DNA of 36,334 nt from Planctomycetota bacterium (GCA_026991575.1 JALXBF010000173.1:1-36334), one strand, 5' to 3'; shown: positions 1-13,331, numbered from the stretch's first letter. The notes: generated from the letters alone by a model not told the origin. A program made the numbers and translations.

Positions 1-1435
1 GGATCACCTTGCCGCCGATGTCGGTCAATCGGAACTCGCGGCCCTGAAACTTGTAGGTCAGTCTTGCATGGTCGATGCCGAGCAGGTGGAGCATGGTCGC
101 GTGCAGATCGTGGATGTCCACGGGATCCTCCACCGGGAAAAAGCCCAGATCGTCGGTCCGACCGACCACGGTACCGCCGCGAATGCCGCCGCCAGCAAAC
201 CAGACGGTAAATGCCTCGCGGTGATGGTCCCGTCCTGCGTTGGGCGACATCTGACCCTGCAGCATCGGTGTGCGACCAAACTCCGCAGCCCACACGATCA
301 GCGTTTCATCGAGCAGGCCCCGTTGCTCGAGGTCTCGGATCAGGGCGGCCACGGGACGATCGACTTGCTGGCACTTCTTGGGCAGGTTCTTCGCCAGCCC
401 GCTGTGGTGATCCCAGCCCTGGTCGAACAGCTGCACGAAGCGCACGCCACGTTCGACTAGACGGCGCGCGAGCAAGCAGTTGTTGGCGAACGACGGCTTC
501 CCCGGTTGCGCGCCGTACATCTGCAAAATGTGGCGCGGCTCCTGCCGGATGTCCATCAACTCAGGCACGGCCGTCTGCATGCGGAAGGCCAGCTCGTACT
601 GACCAATCCGCGTCTCGATCTCCGGGTCCGCGACCAGTGACAGGTGTCGCCGGTTGAGCTGCTGGACAGCATCCAGAATTGCCCGTCGGTCACGCCGCGT
701 CACCCCCGCCGGGTCGGACAGGAACAGCACCGGATCACCACTACTGCGGAACTCAACCCCCTGATAGATACTCGGCAAGAAGCCCGAACCCCATAGTGCA
801 TTGCCCGCACCGGCCACCTGCCCGGTGATGAGCACGACGTAAGCCGGCAGGTTTTCGTTCTCTGTACCCAGGCCATACGTCACCCACGCTCCCATGCTAG
901 GCCGGCCAAACCTGGGAAATCCGGTGTGCAGGAACAGTTGAGCCGGACCGTGGTTGAACTCGGTCGTTCGCACCGTCTTGACGAAGGCCAGCCGGTCCAC
1001 GACGGTGCCAAGGTGAGGCAGTAGCTCTGAGAGGGGGATGCCGCTCTGGCCACAGGGGCGGAATTTGAACGGCGAACCTAACAGCCGGGGATGCCCGCGA
1101 AGAAACGCAAACCGTTTTCCTTCGATGTACTCTTTGGGACACGGTTTACCGTGATGTTTGGTGAGCACGGGCTTGGGATCGAACAGATCCAGCTGCGACG
1201 GCGCGCCAACCATATGCAGGTGGATGATGCTTCGGACTCGAGCAGGAAAGTGACCCGGGGAGGCCGCCAGGGGGCGTGATTGGTCGCGTGTCCCTGCGTG
1301 GCCATCTCGATGTAGCAGCCATGCCAGCGCCACCGGACCGATGCCTACACCGATGCGACCAAGCAACTCTCGGCGCGTGAGTCGCGTGAGCCATGCATGG
1401 CCGAACCTGTTGGGCCGTCGCGCACCGTGGTGCAT
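1..1435 (-). CDS. DUF1501 domain-containing protein (3' end runs off the window)
   Basis: Not in the ORF track because there is no stop in the window. Manual translation from ATG 1435 gives [33 protein letters not shown] (Tat-like TRR). The same frame at the window edge reads [39 protein letters not shown], the typical DUF1501 C-terminus. It starts 8 nt after the DUF1553 gene stop. Confidence 0.9.
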   Translation of the reverse strand, partial: MHHGARRPNRFGHAWLTRLTRRELLGRIGVGIGPVALAWLLHRDGHAGTRDQSRPLAASPGHFPARVRSIIHLHMVGAPSQLDLFDPKPVLTKHHGKPCPKEYIEGKRFAFLRGHPRLLGSPFKFRPCGQSGIPLSELLPHLGTVVDRLAFVKTVRTTEFNHGPAQLFLHTGFPRFGRPSMGAWVTYGLGTENENLPAYVVLITGQVAGAGNALWGSGFLPSIYQGVEFRSSGDPVLFLSDPAGVTRRDRRAILDAVQQLNRRHLSLVADPEIETRIGQYELAFRMQTAVPELMDIRQEPRHILQMYGAQPGKPSFANNCLLARRLVERGVRFVQLFDQGWDHHSGLAKNLPKKCQQVDRPVAALIRDLEQRGLLDETLIVWAAEFGRTPMLQGQMSPNAGRDHHREAFTVWFAGGGIRGGTVVGRTDDLGFFPVEDPVDIHDLHATMLHLLGIDHARLTYKFQGREFRLTDIGGKVI

Positions 1436-1443
1436 GGCGTGGA

Positions 1444-4400
1444 TCACTCGCGAGTCACCATCTCATCCAGGTTGAAAAGCACGTTTGCCACCGCCCAGTA
1501 TGTTGCCAACTCCACTGCCTCTCGCTCGGGCACAGCCTCCAGCCTGCGCCCGGGCCACACCTGCGGCAACAGAGGCGAGATCCGCGCATAGGCGTCCTGA
1601 GGCCGGCTCAGCAACCGGCGGCGCTGTTTGCGCACGAGCTCGAGCAGCACGGCAAGTTCGCCGTCATCTGGCGGCCGGACCAGACAGCAGCGAAATGCGT
1701 ACGTGAGCCGCTCGACATCTGAGCCCGCCGGGTAGGTGCTCAAGACGCGGATGGCAAGTCCCAGAGCCAGCTCCGCATACGCCCGGTCGTTCATCAGCGT
1801 CAGGGCCTGAAGCGGCGTGTTGCTTACCGGACGCTGCACCACACAGCTAGCGCGGTCCGGCGCATCGAAGGTCACGAACGCCGGATAGGGCGCGCTCCTG
1901 CGCCAGATGGTGTACACACCACGGCGGAACCGGTCCGGGCCCGTCGAGGTCACGTACTTCGGGGCGTTACGCCCGACGTGCCGCCAGATGCCCGGAGGCT
2001 GCGGCGGATAGACCGGCGGCCCACCGAGCTTGTACGTCAACAGTCCGCTGGCTTGCAACGCCTGGTCCCGGATCACTTCCGCGCGCAGACGTACACGCGG
2101 AGCCCGCGCCAGCAAGCGGTTGTCTGGATCGACACCAACCAACTCTGGCCGGAACCGGGAACCCTGGCGATAAACCGCCGAGGTGACGATCTCGCGCACG
2201 ATCCGTTTCCTCGACCAGCCGTGGCTGACGAGCTCCGCGGCCAACCAGTCAAGTAGCTGCGGATGGCTGGGGGGTTCACCCTGTGTGCCAAAATCCCCCA
2301 GCGTGGGAACGATGCCGCGTCCAAACAGCTCAGCCCACCAGCGGTTTACCGTGACACGGGCCACCAGGGGATTGTCCGGATCCGTAAGCCATCGGGCCAA
2401 CCCAAGACGGTTACGCTCGTAGCCTGGCTTCATCGGGGGTAGCACGGCCGGCACGTCCGGCTGCACCCGTTCACCGGGAGTGCGGTAGTCGCCCCGCAAG
2501 AGCACGTGCGTTGCTCTGGGTTTGGGTAGTTCCACCATGACCAGCGTCGTTGGCGGCCGGATCCGATCGATTTCTTCCTGTAGCTCGGCAACACGGCGGG
2601 CAAGCCGGGCAATCCGCGCGTTGCGCTTGGCCAGGTACTGCACCAGTCGTTTCCGTTCAGAAGCAGAGCGTCGCGCTGCCGGTTTGCCCAGCAGTCGCGC
2701 AATCTCCGCCGGAACGTCCGCGGTGACGTCGTCCGCGGTGGCAAGCAACCGGAACCGCCCCAGCAGACGCGTACCACCATGCAGTTGGGCCAACTCGACA
2801 ACCAGCGTAGCATCGGCACGCACATCAACGGGCCTGTTCAAGCGGAGCACAATCCAGTGGGCTTGCCCAAAGCGAGGATGGATGGCCCAGCCACTGCGCA
2901 GGTTGCCATCGACAACATGGCGTGCCGCATAGCCGCGCGGCTCGTAGCTTGCCCACGCAGTGGCGAACACCAGGGGAACCTCACCCCCATCGTCCGTAAC
3001 AACTCGAGCCCGTAACTCGTTTAGCACGAAGTTGGGTCTTTCCGAGGAGTGCAGGCCCGGACCGCCTCCGGGTAGGCGGGCATCGTTGAGCGCTTCCAGG
3101 CGAAGGGCAGCCAGGCGGCCCGCCCCGAGCACGTAGCGGAGCCGATACGTGTCTTTCTCGGCCAGGGGCTCGGTCACAAGCACGGAGCCATCGTCCAGGA
3201 GCTGGCCGCTGCTGCCGGCTTGGGATTCAAATGCCAGAGGCTTCAGAGGAACCCAGTGCGGTGTGACTGCCAGACGGTCTGCCAGCGCCTGCGCCTGCTG
3301 GGCCACCGCCTCATCAAGCTCCGCTTGGAGGCGCGCCTTCTGTGCGCGCAGTTCCTGACGGCGCCGTGCAAGCTCCGGTGCCAGGGGCAGCTCCATCTTT
3401 GGACCGTAGAAGTTGTACGTCACGCCGTCGCCTTTAACTTCGAGGGGGGTGTTGTTGAAGAACGCGAAGAGTTGGTAGTAATCGCGCATCGTGAACGGGT
3501 CATACTTATGGTCGTGGCACTGAGCGCATTCCAGCGTGGTACCCAACCATACGGTGGCCACCGTATTAACCCGGTCAACGACCTGTTCAACACGATTCTC
3601 CTCCGGATCAACTCCGGCCTCGACGTTGCATGTCGTCAACCGCGAGAAGCCGGTCGCGATACGCTGATCGATGGTGGCATTGGGAAGTAGGTCTCCGGCA
3701 AGCTGCTCGATCGTGAACCGATCAAACGGCTTGTCCGCGTTGATTGCCCTGATGACCCAATCTCGGTAGGGCCAAACCTCGCGGTACTGGTCTGCCTGGT
3801 ATCCATTGCTGTCGGCGTATCGGGCTGCGTCGAGCCACGCGATGGCCCATCGCTCACCAAACGCCGGCGAGGCGAGCAGGCGGTCTACCAGCCGCTCGTA
3901 GCGGTCGGGTCGGGTGCTGGCCAAGTAGCTGTCGACGAACTCCGGGCTAGGGGGCAATCCCAGCAGGTCGAGGAACACGCGGCGAACAAGCACCGGCTCT
4001 GGTGCCGGTGGTGAAAGCGATAGGCTCACAGCCCGTAGCCGCACCAGGATGAATGCATCGATCGGCGTGTGAACGGTCGCAGAGGGGGGAGGAACAGGTG
4101 ACGGCGGACGGATGATCGGTGCATATGCCCAGTGGTTGGCATCCTGCGGTAGCTCGACCACCACTCCCTCCGGCCACGGAGCCCCCTGCTCAATCCAGCG
4201 CCTCACCCGCGTAATCGTTGCCTTATCCAGCGGGGCGCGACCTCGAGGCATCCGGATCGCGGGATCGTTCGTTACGAGTCGTCGGTAAAGCGGACTACGG
4301 CCCGGATCGCCCGGCACGATCGCCGGACCGTGCCTGCCACCGCGGAACGCGTCGGGCTTCCGGTCCAGCCGCAGGCCGCTCTGAGCGAGCCTCGGCCCGT

Positions 4401-4578
4401 GGCACCGCACGCACTGGTCTCGTAGCACAGGCAAGATGTCGCGCCGAAAGTCTACCCGATCGCCGGCTCGGGCCGAGCCGCTGGCCCACGCCATCAGGCC
4501 CAGACACAGTGCCGTGGCAAGTGCTGCAGCCAGACACACTGGCCGAAGAACGCTGCGCTCCCGGGCAGCTTTCTCCAT
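1444..4578 (-). CDS. Planctomycete cytochrome c / DUF1549 / DUF1553 (PSD1-type) protein
   Basis: Signal-like N-terminus, heme motifs CVRCH and CAQCH, DUF1549 motifs ([17 protein letters not shown]) and DUF1553 motifs ([35 protein letters not shown]). Start chosen at ATG 4578 (MEKAARERS); the ORF track extends to 4809. Confidence 0.9.
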   Translation of the reverse strand: MEKAARERSVLRPVCLAAALATALCLGLMAWASGSARAGDRVDFRRDILPVLRDQCVRCHGPRLAQSGLRLDRKPDAFRGGRHGPAIVPGDPGRSPLYRRLVTNDPAIRMPRGRAPLDKATITRVRRWIEQGAPWPEGVVVELPQDANHWAYAPIIRPPSPVPPPSATVHTPIDAFILVRLRAVSLSLSPPAPEPVLVRRVFLDLLGLPPSPEFVDSYLASTRPDRYERLVDRLLASPAFGERWAIAWLDAARYADSNGYQADQYREVWPYRDWVIRAINADKPFDRFTIEQLAGDLLPNATIDQRIATGFSRLTTCNVEAGVDPEENRVEQVVDRVNTVATVWLGTTLECAQCHDHKYDPFTMRDYYQLFAFFNNTPLEVKGDGVTYNFYGPKMELPLAPELARRRQELRAQKARLQAELDEAVAQQAQALADRLAVTPHWVPLKPLAFESQAGSSGQLLDDGSVLVTEPLAEKDTYRLRYVLGAGRLAALRLEALNDARLPGGGPGLHSSERPNFVLNELRARVVTDDGGEVPLVFATAWASYEPRGYAARHVVDGNLRSGWAIHPRFGQAHWIVLRLNRPVDVRADATLVVELAQLHGGTRLLGRFRLLATADDVTADVPAEIARLLGKPAARRSASERKRLVQYLAKRNARIARLARRVAELQEEIDRIRPPTTLVMVELPKPRATHVLLRGDYRTPGERVQPDVPAVLPPMKPGYERNRLGLARWLTDPDNPLVARVTVNRWWAELFGRGIVPTLGDFGTQGEPPSHPQLLDWLAAELVSHGWSRKRIVREIVTSAVYRQGSRFRPELVGVDPDNRLLARAPRVRLRAEVIRDQALQASGLLTYKLGGPPVYPPQPPGIWRHVGRNAPKYVTSTGPDRFRRGVYTIWRRSAPYPAFVTFDAPDRASCVVQRPVSNTPLQALTLMNDRAYAELALGLAIRVLSTYPAGSDVERLTYAFRCCLVRPPDDGELAVLLELVRKQRRRLLSRPQDAYARISPLLPQVWPGRRLEAVPEREAVELATYWAVANVLFNLDEMVTRE

Positions 4579-4892
4579 CGCTTTAGAGCGTCGCGTACGA
4601 GGTTTGCGGTGCACCAGCGAATCGACGTGACCGTATTGTAGCCTAACAGGAGGGTGGCTGCGTGCCAGACCGGCCCTGAGTTCCGGACCGGGCGGGGCAT
4701 CGCGGCATGCCGGCGCCCGCAGCTGGCTGTACGCTGCTGGCGGCGTCACGGCCGGCTGCGCGTGGGCCGATTGGCCGAGGCGACGACCCGAGGCATCGTT
4801 GGCAGGCAAGCTTCTCGGCGAACGTAAGCCCCCCTCGAAGCCGAACGCAGGAGACTGCTAGCTAGCCAGACTGACCGGCGGTACGCGGGTCC

Positions 4893-4944
4893 AAAAAAAA
4901 CCCTCGCCATCGGCACCGCGTGGTGCGCGGCGCCGATGGCGAGG
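4893..4944 (-). terminator. Intrinsic terminator downstream of the hydrolase gene
   Basis: 19-bp near-perfect stem (4902-4920 / 4926-4944) with a 5-nt loop, followed on the minus strand by T8 (A8 at 4893-4900). Confidence 0.85.
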
Positions 4945-5075
4945 CCGTGGTGCGTTGGCACTTGCGGAGGGAGTGACAACGCAAGCAGAGCGGGGAGTGG
5001 CTGCTTGTTATCAGCTCGTTCCCAGGACCACGTCTTCTCCGTTCCCGATCGTCTCCAGCGCGGGTCTCCGGGCAG

Positions 5076-5936
5076 CTAAACCACGTAGCAGGCGTTTTCG
5101 GCGCGGAGGAACTCGTCCGTCAGCCGAGCGAACAGCCTGGGCCGCGTCACGAAGCACAGGTGTCCTGCGCCATCGATCGCAACGAATCGCCCCAAAGGCA
5201 GTGCCTCGGCCAGTGCCAGCTGGGCCTCCCAGCGGATGATGCCGTCGGAACGGCCTGCGATCACCAGGGTCGGCACCCGGATTCGGTTCAACGAGGCGCG
5301 GACGTCGTAGTCGGACAGCAGGGCGAGCCGTTGGGCGATGATGGCCTGACCGGTACGCCAGCAGCGCTGAGCCACCAGATCGAGCAGGTCGCCAACATCC
5401 TCCTCATCGCCGAACAGCAGCCGGAAGAACCGGTTGAAGAACGGGCTGTCGGTCGGCAGCCGGTAGCGTTCGAGGATCCGGCAGGCGATCCGTGCCGCCA
5501 GGCTGCTGGAGTGCGCGGCGGCACCGCTGACCACCAGCGTCCGCACCAGCCCGGGGCAGCGAGCGGTGAGCTTCAGGGCGATGGTTGCGCCGAAGGAGAC
5601 GCCCAGCAGGTCGACGCGCTCCAACCCGAGCGTCTGAATGAAGCTTCTCTGCTCGTCGACCAGCTCGTCGAGCGAGCGCGTGGGCTGGACGACAAACGGG
5701 GCACCTTCGCCGCGGGGTTCCAGGCAGTAGATCCGTCTGTTGCGGCCCAGGAACCGGAACATCGGCCCGAGCAGCTCGAAGCCGCCGGCCAGCCCGGGCA
5801 CCACCACTAGCGGCTCACCCCGGCCACTGGTCCAGTACCGGCGAAAGTGCCCGTTCAAGCACGTGAACGCCACGCTCCCTTCCGCGGCCACCAGCCTGCG
5901 GCCAAACCGCCGTTGTCCCTTGGGAGTCAGACGCAC
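5076..5936 (-). CDS. Alpha/beta fold hydrolase
   Basis: GVSFG nucleophile elbow (G-x-S-x-G), GRSD acid, GAGH histidine; GGAGG SD before the GTG start. Confidence 0.9.
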   Translation of the reverse strand: MRLTPKGQRRFGRRLVAAEGSVAFTCLNGHFRRYWTSGRGEPLVVVPGLAGGFELLGPMFRFLGRNRRIYCLEPRGEGAPFVVQPTRSLDELVDEQRSFIQTLGLERVDLLGVSFGATIALKLTARCPGLVRTLVVSGAAAHSSSLAARIACRILERYRLPTDSPFFNRFFRLLFGDEEDVGDLLDLVAQRCWRTGQAIIAQRLALLSDYDVRASLNRIRVPTLVIAGRSDGIIRWEAQLALAEALPLGRFVAIDGAGHLCFVTRPRLFARLTDEFLRAENACYVV

Positions 5937-6160
5937 CGGGTAATCCTCCAGAGGCAGCTTCCTTCGCCTCTAAGAACACGCCGCTCCAGGTTCTCTACAC
6001 TTCACCGATGTTGGGCGAAATGGTCAAGTTCATTCCAATCTGGCGATCCGGTGTCCGAACGCCGTCGCCCGGAGGAGGACCTGACACACGCTGCCGTCCA
6101 AGCCTCCTTGCCCGGTCGCGACACCCTCTTGCCGGACACCCAACCACCGTAGCCCGTGCA

Positions 6161-6176
6161 CGCACTTCCCGTGCCA
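6161..6176 (-). promoter_or_regulatory. Sigma-54 (-24/-12) promoter for the hydrolase
   Basis: Minus strand TGGCACGGGAAGTGCG = TGGCAC-N5-GTGC with exact GG-N10-GC spacing, in the divergent gap next to a sigma-54 activator gene. Confidence 0.7.
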
Positions 6177-6257
6177 TAGTGCCCAGGTCCATGCCTTCTC
6201 CCGCGAAACCCGCCAGCGAGCCCTCGACGAAGCCGTATTCTGCGATGCGTTCACTTG

Positions 6258-6308
6258 TTTCGGCGCCGAAATGGCGATATCATAGCGCCGACACTTTCGG
6301 CGCCGAAA
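6258..6308. promoter_or_regulatory. Two identical 14-bp palindromes, candidate upstream activator sequences
   Basis: TTTCGGCGCCGAAA at 6258-6271 and 6295-6308, about 80-130 bp upstream of the -24 box. Confidence 0.65.
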
Positions 6309-6386
6309 CGGCCGGCGGGGCCGGATCGGATCGACTGGGTTGGTCTTGCGTGCTGGGGCGGCCTGATCTGGCTGAGGTCCTGAGCC

Positions 6387-9300
6387 ATGTTTACCACGTT
6401 ACTGCGTCGACGCACGGGCCTGCTGCTGCTGGCCGTTGGTGTGGTCAGCTACTCGATCGCCGTGCTCGTGCACGTCACGTTGAGTTGGGATATTGGCTTT
6501 CAGTGTTTTTTCAGCCGCGAGATCCGACAGGTGACGATGCCGGAGCCATTGGAACAGGCCCCGGAGCCGCACGATATCGTCACCCAGATCGGGCCGCTGC
6601 CTGTGCGCACGTACCTGGACGTCCAGCCGGCCGTGGAAGCGTGCCAGCGACGGCCGGCCGACCGGCGGGCGGCCGAGTCGCCATCCATTGCCGCACTGCT
6701 CCATGAAATCGAGCAGAGCTACAGTCGGGCGGGCAAACCGGTGCCTACGGACGTGCAGATCGGTGAGACCCGCTTCGTGAGGGTTCGTGTGTTGCGTGAC
6801 GTCGACGGGCAGCTGCAGCCGCTGTGGGTCTGGGCCAGTGTGGGCCGAGTGCCGCTGCGGGACGTTGCCGTCTCGGTGCTCTGGCTGCTGCTCAACCTGG
6901 CTATCTTTGCCGTCGGCGCGCTGGTGCTGTGGCGGCGTCCGGGCGACCGTTCATCAGCGCTCTTCTTTGAACTGTGCTCCTTTACGGTCGGCGCGTTCAT
7001 GGGGGGCTTCCACTGGTGGACGCTGATCGGCCACCCGGTGTTGCTGTTCCCGTTTGTCGCCTTTGCCATGCTGCTGCCAGCTGTCAGCCTGCACTTTTAC
7101 CTGGTCTTTCCCCGCCCAAAGGAGTTCTTCCGACGCCACCCTCGCCTGACACTGCTTCTTGTGCGTGGTCTACCGCTGCTGGCAACGCTAGCGATGCTGG
7201 CGTTGATGGCTCGCGTCTCATGGCTTTACCGCCTGCACGAACCGGACCAGGAGGCGCTGGCGGCGATTGAGCGATTGCTCGAGTGGATTAAGACGGCTGC
7301 TGCCGGCTACGTCGCCCTCGCCACGGTCATGTTCGCCGGTTGCCTGGTCGCACTGATCCACAGTTTTGTTTCGAGCCGCAGCCAGGAAGAACGCAACCAG
7401 GTCAAGTGGATCCTGTTCGGCGCTGCGCTGGCAACGTTGCCGGTTACCTACACGCTGTACCTTGCCGTACGCGACCCGGTTGCTTTTGCCCTCGGCGGCG
7501 CGACACCGCCGATGTTCCTGGCGTCGATCTGCTTCACCCTGGCGTTTGCCGTCGCGATCACGAAGTATCGGCTGATGCAAGTCGGCGAAATCATCAATCG
7601 GAGTGTCGTTTATTTCGGCATCAGCACGGCCGTGGCCATTCTCTACTACGCGCTGTTGATGTTGGGCAGCTTGTGGTGGGGCAGCCAGTTGCCGCGTCGT
7701 GGTCTGACCTACCAGTCGTTCGCCCTGATCACCGCAGTGGTCTTCATCCTAGCGCTTTTGGGCTGGGGACTGGACCGGCTACGTGCGGCCTTGGAGCAGC
7801 GTTTCTGGCGGGACAAGGGACAGCTGGACCGGGCGATGCGCAAGATGGGCGAGGCAATCCGCAGCATCACGGACGAACGGCGGGTTGCCCAGCGGATGTT
7901 GGAAGCGGCAGCAGATCTGCTGGGTGTGCGGCGTGCGGCCGTGTATGTGGTTGACGCAGACGATGAGGATGGCACGGGACCGTTGCGTCTGGCTGCGTCG
8001 CTAGGCGTGCCGCCAAGACAGCTCGTGCTGGACAGGGACCATCGCCTGGTGCGTGCTGCCCGGCGCGGCCCAGTGCTGGTGTCGGCACCGGATAGTGCCC
8101 TGGACAATGACCTGCGCGGCGAACTGGCGGCAATGCAAGCCGAACTCGTACAGCTGATTGAACTCGACGGCCGGGTAGCCGGCCTGCTGATCCTTGGTCG
8201 CCGCCAGCTTGGCCTGCCATTCCGCTCCGAGGAGGTCGCCTTCTTGTCGGCGCTGGGTCAGGTGACGGCACTGGCATTGGAAGGGGCACGCAGGCGGCGC
8301 CAAATCGATCGGCTTTCGCAAGAGTTACGTGAGAAGGTGGAGCAGATCGCCGAGCAGCAGCGGCGGATCCTTGTGCTGCAGAGCCAGTTGACCACGTCGC
8401 GGCCTGCACCACGCCGTGAGCCGACTTGCGAAAGTGTGCTGCGCCAGATTCGCGGCTCTAGTGCTGCTGTTCAGTCCATGCTCGACATGGCGCGCAAGGT
8501 CGCTGCGGTGGATGCCACGGTGCTCATCCGCGGCGAAAGCGGCACAGGCAAGGAGCTGTTGGCGCGGGCAATCCATGCGATGAGTCCTCGGGCGCACAGG
8601 CCGTTTGTGGCCGTGCATTGCGCGGCTCTGTCGCCCAGCCTGCTGGAAAGTGAGCTGTTCGGCCATGTCAAGGGTGCGTTCACAGGGGCGTACAAGGACA
8701 AGGTAGGCCGTTTCAAGCTGGCCGACGGCGGCACGCTCTTCCTGGACGAAATCGGCGACATCAGCCTGGAGGTTCAGACCAAGCTGCTGCGCGTGCTCCA
8801 GGAGAAGGCCTTCGAGCCGGTCGGCTCGTCGCAGACCATCAAGGTCGACGTGCGCATCGTGGCAGCAACGAACCAGAACCTGGAGCGTCTCATCCAAGAG
8901 GGCCGCTTCCGCGAAGACCTCTTCTACCGGCTCAACGTCATCACCATCTACACGCCGCCGCTACGCGAACGGATCGAAGACCTGCCGGAACTGGTCGAGT
9001 ACTTCGTGCACAAGTTCGCCGCGGCATGCGGCAAGCGAATCCGGGGGGTCGAGGACGAGGTGCTGGTGTTGCTGAAGTCGTACCACTGGCCCGGTAACGT
9101 TCGTGAGCTGGAGAACGTCATCGAACGGGCCGTAGTCATGTGCGACGGCGACACGATCCGCGTGACCGACTTTCCCAGGGAGCTGGTCCGGGCCGCGCTC
9201 GTCGAGGAGCACGCGCAGCAGGCCGGGCCCATCGCGACACGCCTCGCAACGGTCGCCACCGGCGGCGGTAACGGGAACGGTCGGCAGCGTAGGCAGCGGC

Positions 9301-9452
9301 GGCGGTATGGCTGGATCGACGCGCAGCTAGAACGCGAGGAACTGATCCGGGCTCTGCGCGCCGCCGACGGCAACAAGGCAGAGGCCGCCCGCCGACTCGG
9401 GATGCCCCGCAGCACGTTCATCAGCAAGCTAAAGAAGCACGGCATCCTCTAG
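6387..9452 (+). CDS. Membrane-anchored sigma-54-dependent enhancer-binding protein (multi-TM + GAF-like + AAA+ + Fis HTH)
   Basis: Walker [15 protein letters not shown] loop, [29 protein letters not shown] and C-terminal HTH ([16 protein letters not shown]); many hydrophobic helices in the N-terminal half. Confidence 0.93.
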   Translation: MFTTLLRRRTGLLLLAVGVVSYSIAVLVHVTLSWDIGFQCFFSREIRQVTMPEPLEQAPEPHDIVTQIGPLPVRTYLDVQPAVEACQRRPADRRAAESPSIAALLHEIEQSYSRAGKPVPTDVQIGETRFVRVRVLRDVDGQLQPLWVWASVGRVPLRDVAVSVLWLLLNLAIFAVGALVLWRRPGDRSSALFFELCSFTVGAFMGGFHWWTLIGHPVLLFPFVAFAMLLPAVSLHFYLVFPRPKEFFRRHPRLTLLLVRGLPLLATLAMLALMARVSWLYRLHEPDQEALAAIERLLEWIKTAAAGYVALATVMFAGCLVALIHSFVSSRSQEERNQVKWILFGAALATLPVTYTLYLAVRDPVAFALGGATPPMFLASICFTLAFAVAITKYRLMQVGEIINRSVVYFGISTAVAILYYALLMLGSLWWGSQLPRRGLTYQSFALITAVVFILALLGWGLDRLRAALEQRFWRDKGQLDRAMRKMGEAIRSITDERRVAQRMLEAAADLLGVRRAAVYVVDADDEDGTGPLRLAASLGVPPRQLVLDRDHRLVRAARRGPVLVSAPDSALDNDLRGELAAMQAELVQLIELDGRVAGLLILGRRQLGLPFRSEEVAFLSALGQVTALALEGARRRRQIDRLSQELREKVEQIAEQQRRILVLQSQLTTSRPAPRREPTCESVLRQIRGSSAAVQSMLDMARKVAAVDATVLIRGESGTGKELLARAIHAMSPRAHRPFVAVHCAALSPSLLESELFGHVKGAFTGAYKDKVGRFKLADGGTLFLDEIGDISLEVQTKLLRVLQEKAFEPVGSSQTIKVDVRIVAATNQNLERLIQEGRFREDLFYRLNVITIYTPPLRERIEDLPELVEYFVHKFAAACGKRIRGVEDEVLVLLKSYHWPGNVRELENVIERAVVMCDGDTIRVTDFPRELVRAALVEEHAQQAGPIATRLATVATGGGNGNGRQRRQRRRYGWIDAQLEREELIRALRAADGNKAEAARRLGMPRSTFISKLKKHGIL

Positions 9453-9463
9453 CAAGCCGCCAG

Positions 9464-10357
9464 CTAGCGGTGGGGATGACAGACCAGGCTACAGCCGGCG
9501 GACTCGATCTGGATCGTCGGATGCTCAATCCCGTAGCGCCGGTGCAACTCGTCGGCGACTCGGGAAGCGAAATCCGGGTCATCCGGACCGCCGGGGATAA
9601 CCAGATGCACCGTCAGCGCCGTCTCCGTCGTGCTCAGTGCCCACACATGCAGGTCGTGCACCTCGGTAACACCCGGCAGCCCCGCCAGGTACGCTCGGAT
9701 CGCCTCCACGTCCACGTCCGACGGCACGGCATGCAGTGCAAGGTTGATCGCCTCGGTGAAGAGGTGCCAGGTGGCGTACAGAATGATGAAGCCGACCACT
9801 AGGCTGAGCAGCGGATCGATCCAGTAAGCGTTGGTCAGGTACATGATCAGGCCAGCCACCACCACCGCACCGGAAATCGCCGCGTCGGCGGCCATGTGCA
9901 GGAACGCCCCCCTGAGGTTCAGGTCCTGGCGACTGCCGCGCAGAAACAACAGCGCCGTGCCCGTGTTGATCACGACGCCGACTGCGGCCACGGCAAGCAC
10001 AACCAGACCGGAGACTTCCGGCGGGTCGAACAGCCGCCGGATCGCTTCCCACGACAGTGCCCCCACCGCAACGATCAACAGCAGGGCGTTACCCAGGGCA
10101 GCAAAAATCGACGTGCTTCGCCATCCGTAGGTGCGGCGGTTCGTGGGACGAAGCCGCATCAGCGCGTGTGCCCCCCAGGCCATCAGCAGGCCAAGCACGT
10201 CGCTGAGATTGTGACCCGCGTCGGACAACAGCGCCAGCGACCCGATCCACAAGCCAAACCCGGCCTCCGTAACGATGTATACAACATTAAGGATCGTGCC
10301 CAGGGCAAATGCCCGATCATACCGCACCGCGTGATTGTGGTGGTGATGATGGCCCAT
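9464..10357 (-). CDS. Cation diffusion facilitator (CzcD/ZitB-like Zn/Co/Cd exporter)
   Basis: His-rich N-terminus MGHHHHHNH; SLALLSDAGHNLSD, NLRGAFLHMAAD and VHDLHVW motifs. Confidence 0.92.
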   Translation of the reverse strand: MGHHHHHNHAVRYDRAFALGTILNVVYIVTEAGFGLWIGSLALLSDAGHNLSDVLGLLMAWGAHALMRLRPTNRRTYGWRSTSIFAALGNALLLIVAVGALSWEAIRRLFDPPEVSGLVVLAVAAVGVVINTGTALLFLRGSRQDLNLRGAFLHMAADAAISGAVVVAGLIMYLTNAYWIDPLLSLVVGFIILYATWHLFTEAINLALHAVPSDVDVEAIRAYLAGLPGVTEVHDLHVWALSTTETALTVHLVIPGGPDDPDFASRVADELHRRYGIEHPTIQIESAGCSLVCHPHR

Positions 10358-10495
10358 GACTCGTTCTCTTCTCACACGCGCCACCAAGCACCTTCATTCT
10401 GATCCATTCCCTGCCCGCTGTCGATAGCGACCGGAACACGCCGCAATGGCGTTCCGTTACTGCGATAGAGCCGCCAGCGGCCTGATCGGGGCTCG

Positions 10496-10523
10496 TTGAC
10501 GTTTCTGCCGGGTGGTTTAGCAT
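10496..10523 (+). promoter_or_regulatory. Possible sigma-70 promoter for thiC
   Basis: TTGACG-N16-TAGCAT about 75 nt upstream of the thiC start. Confidence 0.4.
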
Positions 10524-10582
10524 TAAACCAGTGGGCCAGACCGCCCACGGCAAGCTGCGAACGCCCGCTGTGCCGTCCATAG

Positions 10583-11923
<1,341 letters not shown>

Positions 11924-12070
11924 CCCGTAGGAGATGAGTAACCCAGCCAGCTAGACGGTCGTCATCGCCCCCTGGCGCGGTACAATACGTTCCCAGCGAC
12001 ACGGCGGCATGTGGGTCCGTCGTTGGCCTGTGGCGATCGTGCGTCTAAAGGAAACACGACGTCCGGAGAT

Positions 12071-12133
12071 GCGCCACGGAGCCGTTGTGTGCAGGAGCGG
12101 GCCGGTGCCGCAGCGGTTCTGTGGCGTTTTTTT
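12071..12133 (+). terminator. Intrinsic terminator
   Basis: Long G-U-rich stem (GCGCCACGGAGCCGTTGTG / CGCAGCGGTTCTGTGGCGT) followed by a T7 run. Confidence 0.65.
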
Positions 12134-12413
12134 CATAGCGGCTGGCCACGGCGCCCACCACACGCCTCCGGTTACCGAGACCTAACAAGCTCGCTGCTGC
12201 TGACCGGGCCACGCGCCGCCCCGAGAAACACACGCCGCACCTCAGAGCCACCGGCGCCAATCCCACACTGCTGCTCCAGGGGTAACGCGAACGCGCGGTG
12301 GTCACGGCACTGAGACACGCGTTCGTGCCGGGAGATTCGCCGCATTGAGCCGGCTCGCAAGAGGGTGCCCGCAGCCGGAACAGACCGTGACGGTTCCTGC
12401 GGACGCCACCGCG

Positions 12414-13331
12414 CTACGACGTCGAATGGCGACCGTTACCGCCGGGATCCTCGGAGACATGCTCGTCCGCCGCGATCTTCTTCTTGCGCGCCATCCGCCG
12501 CCGCTCACATTCCGGACACCGCTCTAATGAAATGTCGTAAGGCTTACCGCAGTCAGGGCAGCGGCCCGCGCTGCGACGCAGGATGGGCAAAGCGTTCTTC
12601 AGCTCCAGCCCCTCAGGGGTCGACTCACCAAACGTCTCGACCATTCGTTCGATCAAATCGATCAGTTCCCGCGTACGGCCCTCGTGCAGTGCCTCGCGCA
12701 AGTAGGCCAACGACCAGGCCGCCAGCATCTCGTCCAGCTTGCGCCGCTCTTTTGTCTCCAGCAACCCCACCAGCCGGTCCCTCAGATCCAGCACTCCCTG
12801 AGGATTCGCCTCCTGCTTGGCCGCCTCCAACTGCTCGGTCAACTCACGCACATGCTCGGCCCGCTCGGCATCCACCAGCTCCCGCACCCGCTCCAGCACG
12901 GCCCGATCCCGGCAAAGCCGTTCCAGCTCCTCCACCAACTCCTCCACCCGATCCCACTTCCGCTCCGCAACCGCAGCCTCCAGCTCCTTGACCCTGCGGC
13001 GCACCTCCGGATGGCTCCCTTCAGCAGCGGCCCCGTCCACCGCCGCGGCTACCCCCTCGTCCCGTTGCGCGGCGTCACCGCCGGCTAAGCCGCCGCGGAC
13101 CGGAGCACGATGCGCGCGGGCTACCAGAAACCAGCTCACCGCCAGGCCAACTTGGGCAACCACCAACAGCCCGAGCACAGTAGCCCAGAACCGCGACCAC
13201 AGCACGACCGGAGCACCACCATCCGGCACCAACCCCCACTCAGCCCACGCGGAAACAACCGCGACGACTAACAGGGCCAGGATCGCGCCAGTGATGCCAA
13301 CCAGCAGGAGCCGTACGCTATGTTCGCGCAT
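12414..13331 (-). CDS. Hypothetical membrane protein with helical region and C-terminal C4 zinc finger
   Basis: 305-aa ORF with two N-terminal TM segments, a charged helical middle and CPDC-x10-CPEC near the C-terminus. Confidence 0.75.
   Translation of the reverse strand: MREHSVRLLLVGITGAILALLVVAVVSAWAEWGLVPDGGAPVVLWSRFWATVLGLLVVAQVGLAVSWFLVARAHRAPVRGGLAGGDAAQRDEGVAAAVDGAAAEGSHPEVRRRVKELEAAVAERKWDRVEELVEELERLCRDRAVLERVRELVDAERAEHVRELTEQLEAAKQEANPQGVLDLRDRLVGLLETKERRKLDEMLAAWSLAYLREALHEGRTRELIDLIERMVETFGESTPEGLELKNALPILRRSAGRCPDCGKPYDISLERCPECERRRMARKKKIAADEHVSEDPGGNGRHSTS

Noticed and set aside
6070..6100. GTCAGGTCC on the minus strand resembling SRP (4.5S) RNA
   Set aside because: The following GGAAGGAAGCAGC motif is absent.
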